A stretch of DNA of 64,000 bases from a bacterium (GTDB taxonomy: Bacteria > UBA8248): NCBI GenBank assembly GCA_965261085.1, contig OZ253442.1, positions 2,528,001 to 2,592,000 on the forward strand, written 5' to 3'. The number at the start of each line of letters is the position of its first letter. The first letter of the stretch is position 1. Of the stretch, positions 17,463 to 26,604 are shown one piece after another. The notes beneath the pieces are model-generated. The model saw only the letters and a program-made list of their open reading frames with translations, was not told the DNA's origin and searched no databases. The position numbers and the translations under genes were made by a program.

Positions 17463-18725
17463 TTATAAAATATCTTTTATGTAACTCGATATCTCATCTC
17501 GTTTCACTTCTGCCTGGCGGCTTTCAGCCATGTGGCGGACGCTCACCACCCCTTTGGCCGCCTCGTCATCGCCCAGTAGCAGCACGAACGCGGCGCCCGA
17601 GCGATCGGCTCGCTTCATCTGGCTTTTCATACTGCCCCCGCCGAAGGTGCGTTCCGTCCGAATGCCCTGGGCGCGCAATTCGGCGGCGAGATCGAAGACC
17701 TGGCGCTGCGCGGCGTCGCCGAGCGCAACGATATAGACTTGCGTTTCCTCATTCGGGGCCGGGGCCTTTTCGCCCGCCAGTTGCAAAAGACGCTCCACGC
17801 CGATGGCGAAACCAATCCCCGGTGTGGGAGGCCCGCCCAACTCCTCCACGAGGCCGTCGTAGCGTCCCCCGCCGCACACCGCGTTTTGCGCCCCAAGGCT
17901 CTCGCTCGTCACTTCGAACACGGTGAGGCAATAGTAATCGAGACCGCGAACGAGCCTCGGGTTGATCTCATAGGCGACACCCACACTCTCCAGAAATCGG
18001 CACACGCTCGCCAGGTGCTCCCGGCACGTCTCGTTCCAGAATTCATCTATCCTCGGCGCGCGCGCGATGATCTCCTGGTGAGCCGGGTCCTTGCTGTCCA
18101 GAAAGCGCAGCGGGTTGCGCTCGATGCGCTCGGCGATCTCAGGGCCAAGATGCTTCGTTTCTTTCCTGAGATAATCCTGGAGGGCGGCGGCGTAGGCCGG
18201 GCGGCATTCCTTGTCGCCCAGATTGTTGATTTGAAGCGCCAGGCCCTCGATCCCCATGGCGTCCAGAAATTCCATGAGCATCACGATGAGTTCGGCGTCG
18301 ATCGCCGGGTCCTCGGCGCCGAAGACTTCGGCGTCGATTTGGTGGAACTGCCTCAGGCGGCCCGCCTGGGGACGCTCGTAGCGGAACATGGGGCCGATGC
18401 AGAAGAGCTTCGAGACGCCGGGGCGGTTGTAGAGGCCGTTTTGGACGTAGGCGCGGCAAATGGAGGCCGTCGCTTCGGGGCGTAGAGTGATGGAGTCGCC
18501 CCCCTTGTCTTTGAAGGTATACATCTCCTTGGAGACGATGTCGGTTTCCTCGCCGATGCCGCGCGCGAAAAGTTCGGTGCGCTCGAACACGGGCACTCTT
18601 ATCTCTCCGTAGCCGTATCGCGCGAAAATCTCGCGCGCAAGACGCTCGGCTCCCTGCCAGTTCGGTGATTCTTCCGGCAGAATGTCTTTCACGCCGCGCA
18701 CCGCCGTGAACTTGGGCCGCGCCAT
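17463..18725 (-). CDS. hisS: Histidine--tRNA ligase
   Basis: RGVKD, KEMYTF.D, LRPEATA, FRYERPQAGR.RQFHQ, RGLDYY, GGGRYD; ATG at 18725. Confidence 0.98.
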   Translation of the reverse strand: MARPKFTAVRGVKDILPEESPNWQGAERLAREIFARYGYGEIRVPVFERTELFARGIGEETDIVSKEMYTFKDKGGDSITLRPEATASICRAYVQNGLYNRPGVSKLFCIGPMFRYERPQAGRLRQFHQIDAEVFGAEDPAIDAELIVMLMEFLDAMGIEGLALQINNLGDKECRPAYAAALQDYLRKETKHLGPEIAERIERNPLRFLDSKDPAHQEIIARAPRIDEFWNETCREHLASVCRFLESVGVAYEINPRLVRGLDYYCLTVFEVTSESLGAQNAVCGGGRYDGLVEELGGPPTPGIGFAIGVERLLQLAGEKAPAPNEETQVYIVALGDAAQRQVFDLAAELRAQGIRTERTFGGGSMKSQMKRADRSGAAFVLLLGDDEAAKGVVSVRHMAESRQAEVKRDEISSYIKDIL

Positions 18726-18727
18726 CG

Positions 18728-19489
18728 CTATCCTCCAAAAGTCGCTTCGAGCAGGCGGGGAAGGGCGACGCCCGAGGGCTCTTGAACCACCTCGCTCATG
18801 TATGGGCTGATTTCCGTCGGCTCGGGATTCACTTCGAGCACGAACGCGCCGCCTCTCGAGGCCGTCATGGGCATGGAGGCGGCCGGCTGCACCACGGCGG
18901 ACGTGCCCGCCACGATCAGGTAATCGCAATCATCCACCGCAACCAGCGCCCGGCGCAACTGCTCGGAGTCGAGCATCTCGCCGAACCACACCACGTGGGG
19001 ACGCAGGAGGTTCTCGCACGCCTCACACTTTGGGGGCAGGGGGTCGAGCGGCACCTCGCGGTTCTCCCACGCTAACGTAGCGCGCTCACAGCCGGGGTTC
19101 GTGCATCGAACGCGCCAGATGTTGCCGTGCAACTCCACGATTTCCCTCGTCCCGGCGACGCGGTGGAGGTTGTCGATATTTTGCGTGATGAGGGTGAAGC
19201 GCGCGAAACGCTCCTCCATCGAGGCGATGGCGTAGTGGCCCGGGTTGGGCGCCAGGGGCGTGAGCACCTCGCGGCGATAATTGTAAAACTCCCAGACGAG
19301 CCTGGGGTCGTCGCGAAAAGCCTCGGGCGTGGCGAGCGAGGTGGCGCTGTACTCGCGCCAGAGACCGCCTGCGCCTCGAAAGGTGGGCACGCCGCTCTCC
19401 GCGCTCACGCCCGCCCCGGTCAGGACGACCAGGGATTCCGCTTTTTTGAGAGCATCTATCGCCCGTTGGCTGAACATCGTTTTCCCCAT
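18728..19489 (-). CDS. cobB: NAD-dependent protein deacylase (class III sirtuin)
   Basis: TGAGVSAESGVPTFRG, TQNID.LH, ELHG, LRPHVVWFGE, GTS; YxxR motif (YNYR) typical of desuccinylases. Confidence 0.93.
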   Translation of the reverse strand: MGKTMFSQRAIDALKKAESLVVLTGAGVSAESGVPTFRGAGGLWREYSATSLATPEAFRDDPRLVWEFYNYRREVLTPLAPNPGHYAIASMEERFARFTLITQNIDNLHRVAGTREIVELHGNIWRVRCTNPGCERATLAWENREVPLDPLPPKCEACENLLRPHVVWFGEMLDSEQLRRALVAVDDCDYLIVAGTSAVVQPAASMPMTASRGGAFVLEVNPEPTEISPYMSEVVQEPSGVALPRLLEATFGG

Positions 19490-19657
19490 CGTGCGTTCGC
19501 GCCCCTCTCGCGGATAAGTATGCGATGCGCGAGAAAATGCAAGCGCAGCGTTTGGCGCCTGTTATGAACTCCCCGGCTGCTGATGTGTATAAACTCCCCG
19601 CAATGCGAGCGAGTATGCGTTTAGCGGCTACACATACTGTTGTGGCTCATGATGTTC

Positions 19658-19748
19658 GCCGGTATCAAACAGTCGAGTTTGCCTGCTATGAGTGCCGGCT
19701 ATCCGTACCGCCGTTGCCCACCATGTATGCCGGTATCAAACAGTCGAG
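19658..19748. repeat. Two exact 20-bp direct repeats, 71 bp apart
   Basis: GCCGGTATCAAACAGTCGAG at 19658-19677 and 19729-19748. Confidence 0.85.
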
Positions 19749-19791
19749 AAGGTAGTGCATACCCCCCTTCTGGCGCAAACGGGGATGGAAG

Positions 19792-19820
19792 TTGACACGC
19801 GCGCGGATGCCGCCTAGCTT
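19792..19820 (+). promoter_or_regulatory. Putative sigma70 promoter of the TPP-enzyme gene
   Basis: TTGACA, 17-nt spacer, TAGCTT. Confidence 0.6.
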
Positions 19821-19861
19821 TGGCGAGTTTTGTATTTTCGAGGGAACCGGAGGAGTTACAG

Positions 19862-21565
19862 GTGGCGCGAAACGGATCGCAGGTGCTGCTGGACGCGCTT
19901 CACTTAAACGGCGCGGAATATATTTTCGGCATTCCGGGCACGCTTACGCTGCCGGTCTACGACGCGATGATCGACGGAGCGGGCGCGACGCCCATCGTCA
20001 CGCGCCACGAGCAGGGGGCGGGCTTCGCCGCGGACGGCTACGCCAAGGTTTCCGGCAAGACGGGCGTAGTCTTCACCGTGCCGGGTCCCGGCGGCACGAA
20101 CGTCGCCACCGCGCTTCGCTCAGCTTTCGAGGATGCAGTGCCCATCGTCGCGGTGACGGCCACGCTCGCCGACAACATGCGGGGCAGAAGCGCCATCCAC
20201 GACGTGGACATGGAAAAAGCGCTCGCAGGCTGCGTCAAAAAGGCGTTCACGCCCGATTCGGTCGCGGGCGTTGCGCCCGCCGTGGAGGCCGCGTTTCACT
20301 GGGCGGCGGCGGGAAGGCCCGGTCCGACGCAAGTGGTGATGAAGGCGAACCTGTTTCAGGCCGAAGAGGAGCGGGTGATCATAAAACCAGAGTTCGAAGG
20401 ACCGCCGCTTGCGCCTCCCGTGGATGAGCGCGCGCTCGATGAAATCGCCGAGTCGCTCCTGGCCGCCAGGCGCCCGGTGATATATGCGGGCAACGGCGTG
20501 GTGAGCGCGCACTGTGAGAGAGAGGTGCAGCTTCTGGCGTCCAAGTTCGGCGCGCCCGTCGTCACCTCCGTGAAGGGACGGGGAATTTTATCGGAAGCCG
20601 ATCCGCTCTCCTTCGGCCTGGTGCATTTCCTGGGCTGTGAGGAGATGCTCGAAGAGGCGGATTTGTGTCTGGCTCTGGGTACGGGTTTCGGGCAGTTCGC
20701 CACTTTCTACTTCAAGGCGCCGATGCCGAAAAATCTCGTGCAGATAGACATCGACCCGGAGCGCATCGGGCGGAATTACCCCGCCGCCAGAGGCCTGGTG
20801 AGCGACTTGAAGCCCGCGCTCGATGGCCTGCTCAAGAGAATCGCAGACGCGGAGGACGTCGCTCTCTCCGAAGGCCACGTTCGCGTGCGCGAGGGAAAAA
20901 GGCGGTATGAGGAGAGGCTTCGCTCGTTTTCGACGCAACTGGCCGAGCCGCCCTTCCACGGTCTTTTCGTGATGAAGACGCTGCGCGAGAACACCTCGCC
21001 CGACACGATTTTCGTCTCCGATTCCTCCGCCACCCAGAGCTGGCTCATGGAGCAGGCGTTCGTGGTTCACCGTCCCCGGAGCATCCTGCTCTCGGAAGCC
21101 TACCAGTCGATGGGCTACGCCATAGGCGCCGCCATCGGGGCGAAACTCGGCGCGCCCGAAAGACCGGTGTGCGCGGTCGTGGGAGACGGCAGCTTCACCA
21201 TGGTCTGCGGCGAGCTGGCCACGGCGACGGCGCTCGATCTATCGGTCACCTACCTCATTTTCAACGATGGGGAATACAACGCGCTCAGGCACTCGCAAAA
21301 ACACGTGTTCGGCGAGCGCTACATCGCCACCTCGCTCAACAACCCCGATTTCCCGGCCCTGGCGCGCGCATTCGGCGCGCATGGCCACCGCGTGGAATCG
21401 GCGGAGGGATTGGGGAGTGTTATTCGTGATTCTCAGGCGCAAGGCGGTGTTCACGTCATCGACTGTCCGATCGACCGCGAGGTGCTCTCCTCCAGATGGA
21501 CGCGGACGGTGAAATCCTTCCGGGGAGGAGCCGCCACCGCGCCGCCGCCCGACGTGGGCGACTGA
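19862..21565 (+). CDS. Thiamine pyrophosphate-binding enzyme (acetolactate synthase-like superfamily)
   Basis: FGIPG, RHEQGA, GPGGTN, MGYAIGAAIGA, GDGSF...N TPP motif; GTG start after GGAGG. Confidence 0.92.
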   Translation: MARNGSQVLLDALHLNGAEYIFGIPGTLTLPVYDAMIDGAGATPIVTRHEQGAGFAADGYAKVSGKTGVVFTVPGPGGTNVATALRSAFEDAVPIVAVTATLADNMRGRSAIHDVDMEKALAGCVKKAFTPDSVAGVAPAVEAAFHWAAAGRPGPTQVVMKANLFQAEEERVIIKPEFEGPPLAPPVDERALDEIAESLLAARRPVIYAGNGVVSAHCEREVQLLASKFGAPVVTSVKGRGILSEADPLSFGLVHFLGCEEMLEEADLCLALGTGFGQFATFYFKAPMPKNLVQIDIDPERIGRNYPAARGLVSDLKPALDGLLKRIADAEDVALSEGHVRVREGKRRYEERLRSFSTQLAEPPFHGLFVMKTLRENTSPDTIFVSDSSATQSWLMEQAFVVHRPRSILLSEAYQSMGYAIGAAIGAKLGAPERPVCAVVGDGSFTMVCGELATATALDLSVTYLIFNDGEYNALRHSQKHVFGERYIATSLNNPDFPALARAFGAHGHRVESAEGLGSVIRDSQAQGGVHVIDCPIDREVLSSRWTRTVKSFRGGAATAPPPDVGD

Positions 21566-21592
21566 GCCTACGCCTTATCGCGCGTGAGCGGC

Positions 21593-24118
21593 TCATTGAT
21601 CGCGGGACGCCCGTCGTTTCCTCTCTTCATGGGTTGAAAACTCAGGCGCGAGGCTCCTGCGAAACGCTCTCCATTGCGCAGCGCCGGTGCCGGGCCAGGC
21701 TTCGGCTGCGCGGAACCGCTCGGCCGAAAGATGCGCCGCATCCGCCTCGCCGCCCGCTTGAACGCGCAGCATCCCGCCGCGCCAGGGGCGATAGACCCCC
21801 AGTCTTCTCTGCCGTCTTCTCGTTTCCCGCCAAAGGTCGGTCTGCATCCATTTCACCCTTTGGGGAGTAGTCACGACGACCCGGGGCGGACGCGCTTCGA
21901 GCCAGTCGAGCACTTCTCGTTTTCTGAGCAGGCTCTCGGGCAGGCGCACGAGGTCGTATCTTTTCCCCCGAAACCATCTGGCGTCGAACGCCGGGTATTT
22001 CGAGGGCAGAATGAGCAGCCAGCGGGAGCGAGGGTTTTGAACCTCAAAGCCCATCGCGCCTTTTCTCCACGAAAGAAGCGAAACCCTCGCTCCGCCTCCG
22101 GCCATCCGCCAGATGGTGCGGGGAGAATTCAAGCGCTCCCCGAAACGGGAGCGATATGGCGCGGAAGCGCGAAGGTCTCTAATGCGGTGCACGTTTTCGA
22201 TGCGTATGCCGGTGGCGAACGCCTGCGCGGCGAGTCGCTCTTTCGGGTATCGGGAGAGGGTGAGCATCGTTTGCCAGGTCAACTCATTCTCCCGGCGCAT
22301 CAGAGGGGCGAGCACGTTTCCCCATGCGTTGAAGCCGCCCGCTCGGCCGCCTGAGGCGTCGACCACCAGGCCTTTTCCATCGGGGAGGCGCAAGAAAAAG
22401 GCGTCCACGCCCCCGGCGTCGGGCAGGAGAAGCGTTGTGCGCTTAGGCCCTGAGGCCTGTGTAGTAGCACTGGGGAGCAGGAGGAAAAAAGTCAGGCAGC
22501 ACACGCCCGCCCAGGCGATTCGCCGCCGCCGTGCGCGCCTCGCCTGCAGGGCCAGAGCCATGAGTGCGTAGACCGAGGCGATGAGCCAGACCTGGGGACT
22601 CGGCGCGACGATGCTGGCCCAGGGAATTTCGGAACTATACGTCGACACGAAAATCATGAATTGCGCGAGAGCGCCGGTGAGCCATGTTGCGGGGAGCAGG
22701 AGTCCGGCCCCGCCCGCCGGGATGACGGCGGCGAGGGCGCTCGCTACGAAGGATAGGGGCACGAGCAGCGAGGTGATCGGAATGAGCAGAAAATTCACGA
22801 TCAGGCCGATGGGATGCGCCTCGTGAAAATGCAGCGCGGTGAGCGGCGTGATCGCCGCGGTGACGACCAATTGGATGATGGCGAGTTGATGCGCCCGCGC
22901 GAGCCACCACTCCTTCTCCCAGATTCTCAGGCGCGCTTCTGGCCTCGGGAGCCTGTCCGCCGCTAGGATGATGGCGCTCACCGCCACGAAGGAGAGTTGA
23001 AACCCCACGTCCCAGATGAAGCCGGGTTCGACCACCAGGATGAGCAGGGCGGCGAGCAAGACGGAGTGAATCGCCGTTCCCGGCCGCTCGAGGAGCCGGG
23101 TGAGGAGATAGGTGACGATCATGATCGTGGCGCGCACCGTGGATATTCGAGCGCCGCTCAGCAGCGCGAAGAGAATCACGAGGGGGATGACGCCGAGTGC
23201 TGCCAGTTTCGACGGCGTGAGCACGAACGGGTGCAGGGGAAAGAATTTGGGCGGAAGCCTGCGCAGGATACCTTGTAAGGCGAAGAAGAAAAAAGCGGCG
23301 ATGAAGCCCACGTGCAGGCCGCTGATGGCGAGCAGATGCGCCGCCCCCGATCTCCTGAAAGCGTCTTTGAGTTCGAGGTCGATCCCCTCGCGCAGGCCGA
23401 TTGTCATCGCCTCTATGAGGCCTGCGGCGCGCTCGGGGTAGACGGCGTGCATGTGGGCGCTCATGCGCTCGCGGAAGCGGAACAAAAGCCGCCACCCGCC
23501 CCATTTTTCCTTTGCTTCCAGGAGGTGAACATTGTTCACCCCGCTGTAGCCGACGGCGTGGACGCCCCTCAGTCGCAGGAATTCCCGATAGTCGAACGCG
23601 CCGGGGTTCTTGAAGCGCTCTGGAGGCCTTAAGCGCACGCGCTGGATGAGCAGCTTATCGCCCACTTCTGGAATTTTCTTGAGCCGCGAGGCCAGCGTGA
23701 TGCGCACGACGCCGGTCATGGGAACCTCGACGCCGCGTATGAGGGCGCGCTCAACGTCCAGGTATATGCGCGGTCTGGGCGACGCGCCGCCGTTTCGCTC
23801 AACGGGCCGTGAGAGATGGCCCGTAACGTTCATGCGCTCATAGGGAATGTGGCGCAGCAGGTGGTGCGCAGGCGTCGTATGGCGATGGAACGCGGGCACG
23901 GCGAAGGAGACGATGAGTCCCACGAAGACGAGGAGTCCCGCGAGGAGGCCTTCCGTTTTTCCCCGAATGCGGCGGCTCATGGCGAGCAGGACCGAAAATG
24001 CCAGCACGAGCGCGGCGGTGAGGGTGGAGACCGCGTCTCCTCGCTCGAAGTCGAGGGAAACACCGACCGCCAACAAACCCGCTATGTAGCCAACCGCCAG
24101 TAAATGCAGGGGGTGCAC
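21593..24118 (-). CDS. comEC: ComEC/Rec2 DNA uptake channel protein
   Basis: NPGAFDY (DUF4131/OB region), HLLAISGLH, GFQLSF; degenerate C-terminal beta-lactamase-like domain. Confidence 0.92.
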   Translation of the reverse strand: MHPLHLLAVGYIAGLLAVGVSLDFERGDAVSTLTAALVLAFSVLLAMSRRIRGKTEGLLAGLLVFVGLIVSFAVPAFHRHTTPAHHLLRHIPYERMNVTGHLSRPVERNGGASPRPRIYLDVERALIRGVEVPMTGVVRITLASRLKKIPEVGDKLLIQRVRLRPPERFKNPGAFDYREFLRLRGVHAVGYSGVNNVHLLEAKEKWGGWRLLFRFRERMSAHMHAVYPERAAGLIEAMTIGLREGIDLELKDAFRRSGAAHLLAISGLHVGFIAAFFFFALQGILRRLPPKFFPLHPFVLTPSKLAALGVIPLVILFALLSGARISTVRATIMIVTYLLTRLLERPGTAIHSVLLAALLILVVEPGFIWDVGFQLSFVAVSAIILAADRLPRPEARLRIWEKEWWLARAHQLAIIQLVVTAAITPLTALHFHEAHPIGLIVNFLLIPITSLLVPLSFVASALAAVIPAGGAGLLLPATWLTGALAQFMIFVSTYSSEIPWASIVAPSPQVWLIASVYALMALALQARRARRRRIAWAGVCCLTFFLLLPSATTQASGPKRTTLLLPDAGGVDAFFLRLPDGKGLVVDASGGRAGGFNAWGNVLAPLMRRENELTWQTMLTLSRYPKERLAAQAFATGIRIENVHRIRDLRASAPYRSRFGERLNSPRTIWRMAGGGARVSLLSWRKGAMGFEVQNPRSRWLLILPSKYPAFDARWFRGKRYDLVRLPESLLRKREVLDWLEARPPRVVVTTPQRVKWMQTDLWRETRRRQRRLGVYRPWRGGMLRVQAGGEADAAHLSAERFRAAEAWPGTGAAQWRAFRRSLAPEFSTHEERKRRASRDQ

Positions 24119-24250
24119 GTTCTCTCCATGTAAGGAATGCGCCTATCGTACATCAAAATGCGCCGGATGCGCATTCTCCTTCGCCTACTCGCCCGGTCGT
24201 GGTAGGCTTCGCGCGGACGTGTGGGTGAATTCTTTTTGGAGAGGATGACG

Positions 24251-25249
24251 ATGCGCGCGCGCACCCTCGGGGATACGGGTATTTCGGTGTCCGAGATAGG
24301 TTTCGGCACGGGCGGCATCAGCCGCCTGATGGTGGGTGATGACCACGAGGCGCAGCTTCGCGCGGTTCGCGGCGCTTTGGACGGGGGCGTGAATTTTTTC
24401 GATACGGCAATGGGCTACGGAAGCGGCAAGTCCGAGGCCAACCTGGGCGCTGCGCTCAACCGATTGGGGGCGAAGGTCACCCTCACGACGAAGATCCGCC
24501 TCACCGCCGAGGAGCGATACGCGCCCAAGGAAGCGGTGGTCGCCTCGGTGGAGAAGAGTCTGGAGCGATTGGGCCGACCCCAAGTCGATCTGATTCAGAT
24601 CCACAACTACGTGGCCCCCGATAGGGATTGGCCGGTGGGGGAGGTGGTGTTTCAGCCTTCTGATATTTTCCGCGCAGGCGGCGTGCTCGATGGTTTCGGG
24701 GAATTGCGCGAGCGCGGGCTCGTGCGCTTTTTCGGGTTCACCGGTATCGGGCATCCCGCCTCGCTGGCCGAGCTCATCGACAGTGGCGAGTTCCACGCGG
24801 TGCAGGCGTATTTCAATTTGCTCAACCCGAGCGCGGCGTATGCGGCGCCGGAGGGTTTCGGCGCAATCGATTACGGGCTGCTCATGGAGCGCGCCGCGAA
24901 AAAGGGCATGGGAGTGCTGGCGATTCGCGCCCTCGCGCTGGGCGCGCTCAGCGCCGATCCGAATCTGCTGGGTTTTCTGGATGAAATTCCGCCGGTTCTC
25001 TCGCTGGGTTCCGAATACGACAAGGACTCGGCGCGCGCCGGGAAACTCGCGTTCCTCGTTCGCGAGGGATGCACCCTGGCGCAGGCTGCGCTTCGTTTCG
25101 TCTTGATGCACGAAGAGGTCTCTTGCGCTCTGGTGGGTTTCTCGGGTGAGGAGCAACTCTCAGAGGCGCTCTCCTGCGCGGGCGCCGGGCCTTTGGCGGG
25201 AGATGACATGCAAAGGCTCAAGAGCATATGGAAAAACGATTTCGCCTAG
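24251..25249 (+). CDS. Aldo/keto reductase
   Basis: LG.TG..VSEIGFG, GVNFFDTA.GYG.G.SE, SLERL...VDL.QIH. Confidence 0.93.
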   Translation: MRARTLGDTGISVSEIGFGTGGISRLMVGDDHEAQLRAVRGALDGGVNFFDTAMGYGSGKSEANLGAALNRLGAKVTLTTKIRLTAEERYAPKEAVVASVEKSLERLGRPQVDLIQIHNYVAPDRDWPVGEVVFQPSDIFRAGGVLDGFGELRERGLVRFFGFTGIGHPASLAELIDSGEFHAVQAYFNLLNPSAAYAAPEGFGAIDYGLLMERAAKKGMGVLAIRALALGALSADPNLLGFLDEIPPVLSLGSEYDKDSARAGKLAFLVREGCTLAQAALRFVLMHEEVSCALVGFSGEEQLSEALSCAGAGPLAGDDMQRLKSIWKNDFA

Positions 25250-25276
25250 GCAGAGAGCAAACCGATCGCTGAATCC

Positions 25277-26524
25277 ATGAACACTCCCCGAAAAGCGCGT
25301 ATCAGCCAGGCCGCCCTGTCGGTGCTGGGCTTCTCTCAGCTTCCCATCATGCTCGTCTACGCCAACTACCCGACCGCCATCCCGATACTGAAAGCGGAAT
25401 GGTCGCTCACCAATACGGATGCTGGTTTTATCTATTTTGCGTTTTACGTGGGCTACGTCGTCGCCTCCGCCGTGCTCACCGGGGCGACGGATTATTTCAG
25501 CGCGAGAACCATCTATCTCTTCTCGGCCGCCTGGCTCGGCCTCACGAACCTGATGTTCCCCTTCTTCGCCGAGGGGTTGTGGACGGCTGCTCTTCTCCGG
25601 TGCGCATGTGGGGTGGGGCTTGCGGGCGTTTTCGGGCCGGGCCTGCGCATCGTGGCCGAACACTCCTCGCCGACGATGCGGGCGAAGATGGTGTCGGGCT
25701 ACGCCTTTTTCTTCACCTTCAGCGTATCGGTCTCGATGTTTCTGACGGGCTACCTGCTCCCCGATTTCGGCTGGCGCTTCACCTTCGCCACAGGTTCGCT
25801 CGGCCCCGTCATCGGCATTTTTATGGTTCTGCTCTGGGTGCCCGATCCCGGAAGGGAGGAATCGGGAGGCGGGGAGAAATTCGCCTTCCCGCGCCTGCCG
25901 CTCAGGTGCTGGGTGCTCATCGGCTCCTACGTGATGCACCGCTGGGAGATGTTCGCCTTCAGGGGCTGGGGCGTCACCTTCCTGGCCTCGGCGTTCTTGG
26001 CGCACGGCCTGCCGAGGGGGAGCGCGGTGGATAACGCCGCGACGGCCCTGGCGTTCATGATCGCGATATCCGCTTTTTCGAATTTCATCGGCGCATGGTC
26101 GGCCGACAGGTTCGGACGGTTCCCGAGCATCGGGGGCAGTTTGTTCCTGAGCGGCGCGATGACGTACGGCATCGGCTTTTTGTTTCACGCGCCGATTCCG
26201 GTTCTGCTGATCGTGTTGTTGGTCTGGGCGGTGACGATGGCCGTCGATGCGTCCGTTTTCCTGGTCGTAATGAGCGAAATCGCGCCCAAGCGCCATTTGG
26301 GTACGGCGCTGGGCGGCCTCGCCGGGTTCGGCTTCCTGTTCGGCGCGCTCTCCTCCATCGAGGTGGGCTACATTCTGGACGTTACGAACCCCGGTTCCCG
26401 GGGAGAGGTTCTGCCCACGGAGTGGACGGCGGCCTGGGCTTCGGTGGGCGTGGCCGTCTGGATCGGTCTGGGCGGAATCCTCTGGCTTTCCCGTATAATG
26501 AAGAGGCGGACGCAGGATGCTTGA
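25277..26524 (+). CDS. MFS transporter
   Basis: About 12 hydrophobic segments; G..ADRFGR motif A. Confidence 0.9.
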   Translation: MNTPRKARISQAALSVLGFSQLPIMLVYANYPTAIPILKAEWSLTNTDAGFIYFAFYVGYVVASAVLTGATDYFSARTIYLFSAAWLGLTNLMFPFFAEGLWTAALLRCACGVGLAGVFGPGLRIVAEHSSPTMRAKMVSGYAFFFTFSVSVSMFLTGYLLPDFGWRFTFATGSLGPVIGIFMVLLWVPDPGREESGGGEKFAFPRLPLRCWVLIGSYVMHRWEMFAFRGWGVTFLASAFLAHGLPRGSAVDNAATALAFMIAISAFSNFIGAWSADRFGRFPSIGGSLFLSGAMTYGIGFLFHAPIPVLLIVLLVWAVTMAVDASVFLVVMSEIAPKRHLGTALGGLAGFGFLFGALSSIEVGYILDVTNPGSRGEVLPTEWTAAWASVGVAVWIGLGGILWLSRIMKRRTQDA

Positions 26525-26604
26525 ATTCCCGGTGCGAAGCCGATACGCTCCCGCGCCAGTGACATGGATTTGAAGATTCGAGCGCAGATGAAGGAAAAAA
26601 GATA

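Noticed and set aside
17463-18929. N-terminally extended HisS (488 aa) as listed in the ORF track
   Set aside because: The extension overlaps cobB in another frame; HisS homology begins at ATG 18725.
19658-19748. CRISPR array
   Set aside because: Only two exact copies of a 20-bp non-palindromic repeat and no cas genes in the window; kept only as an unexplained repeat.
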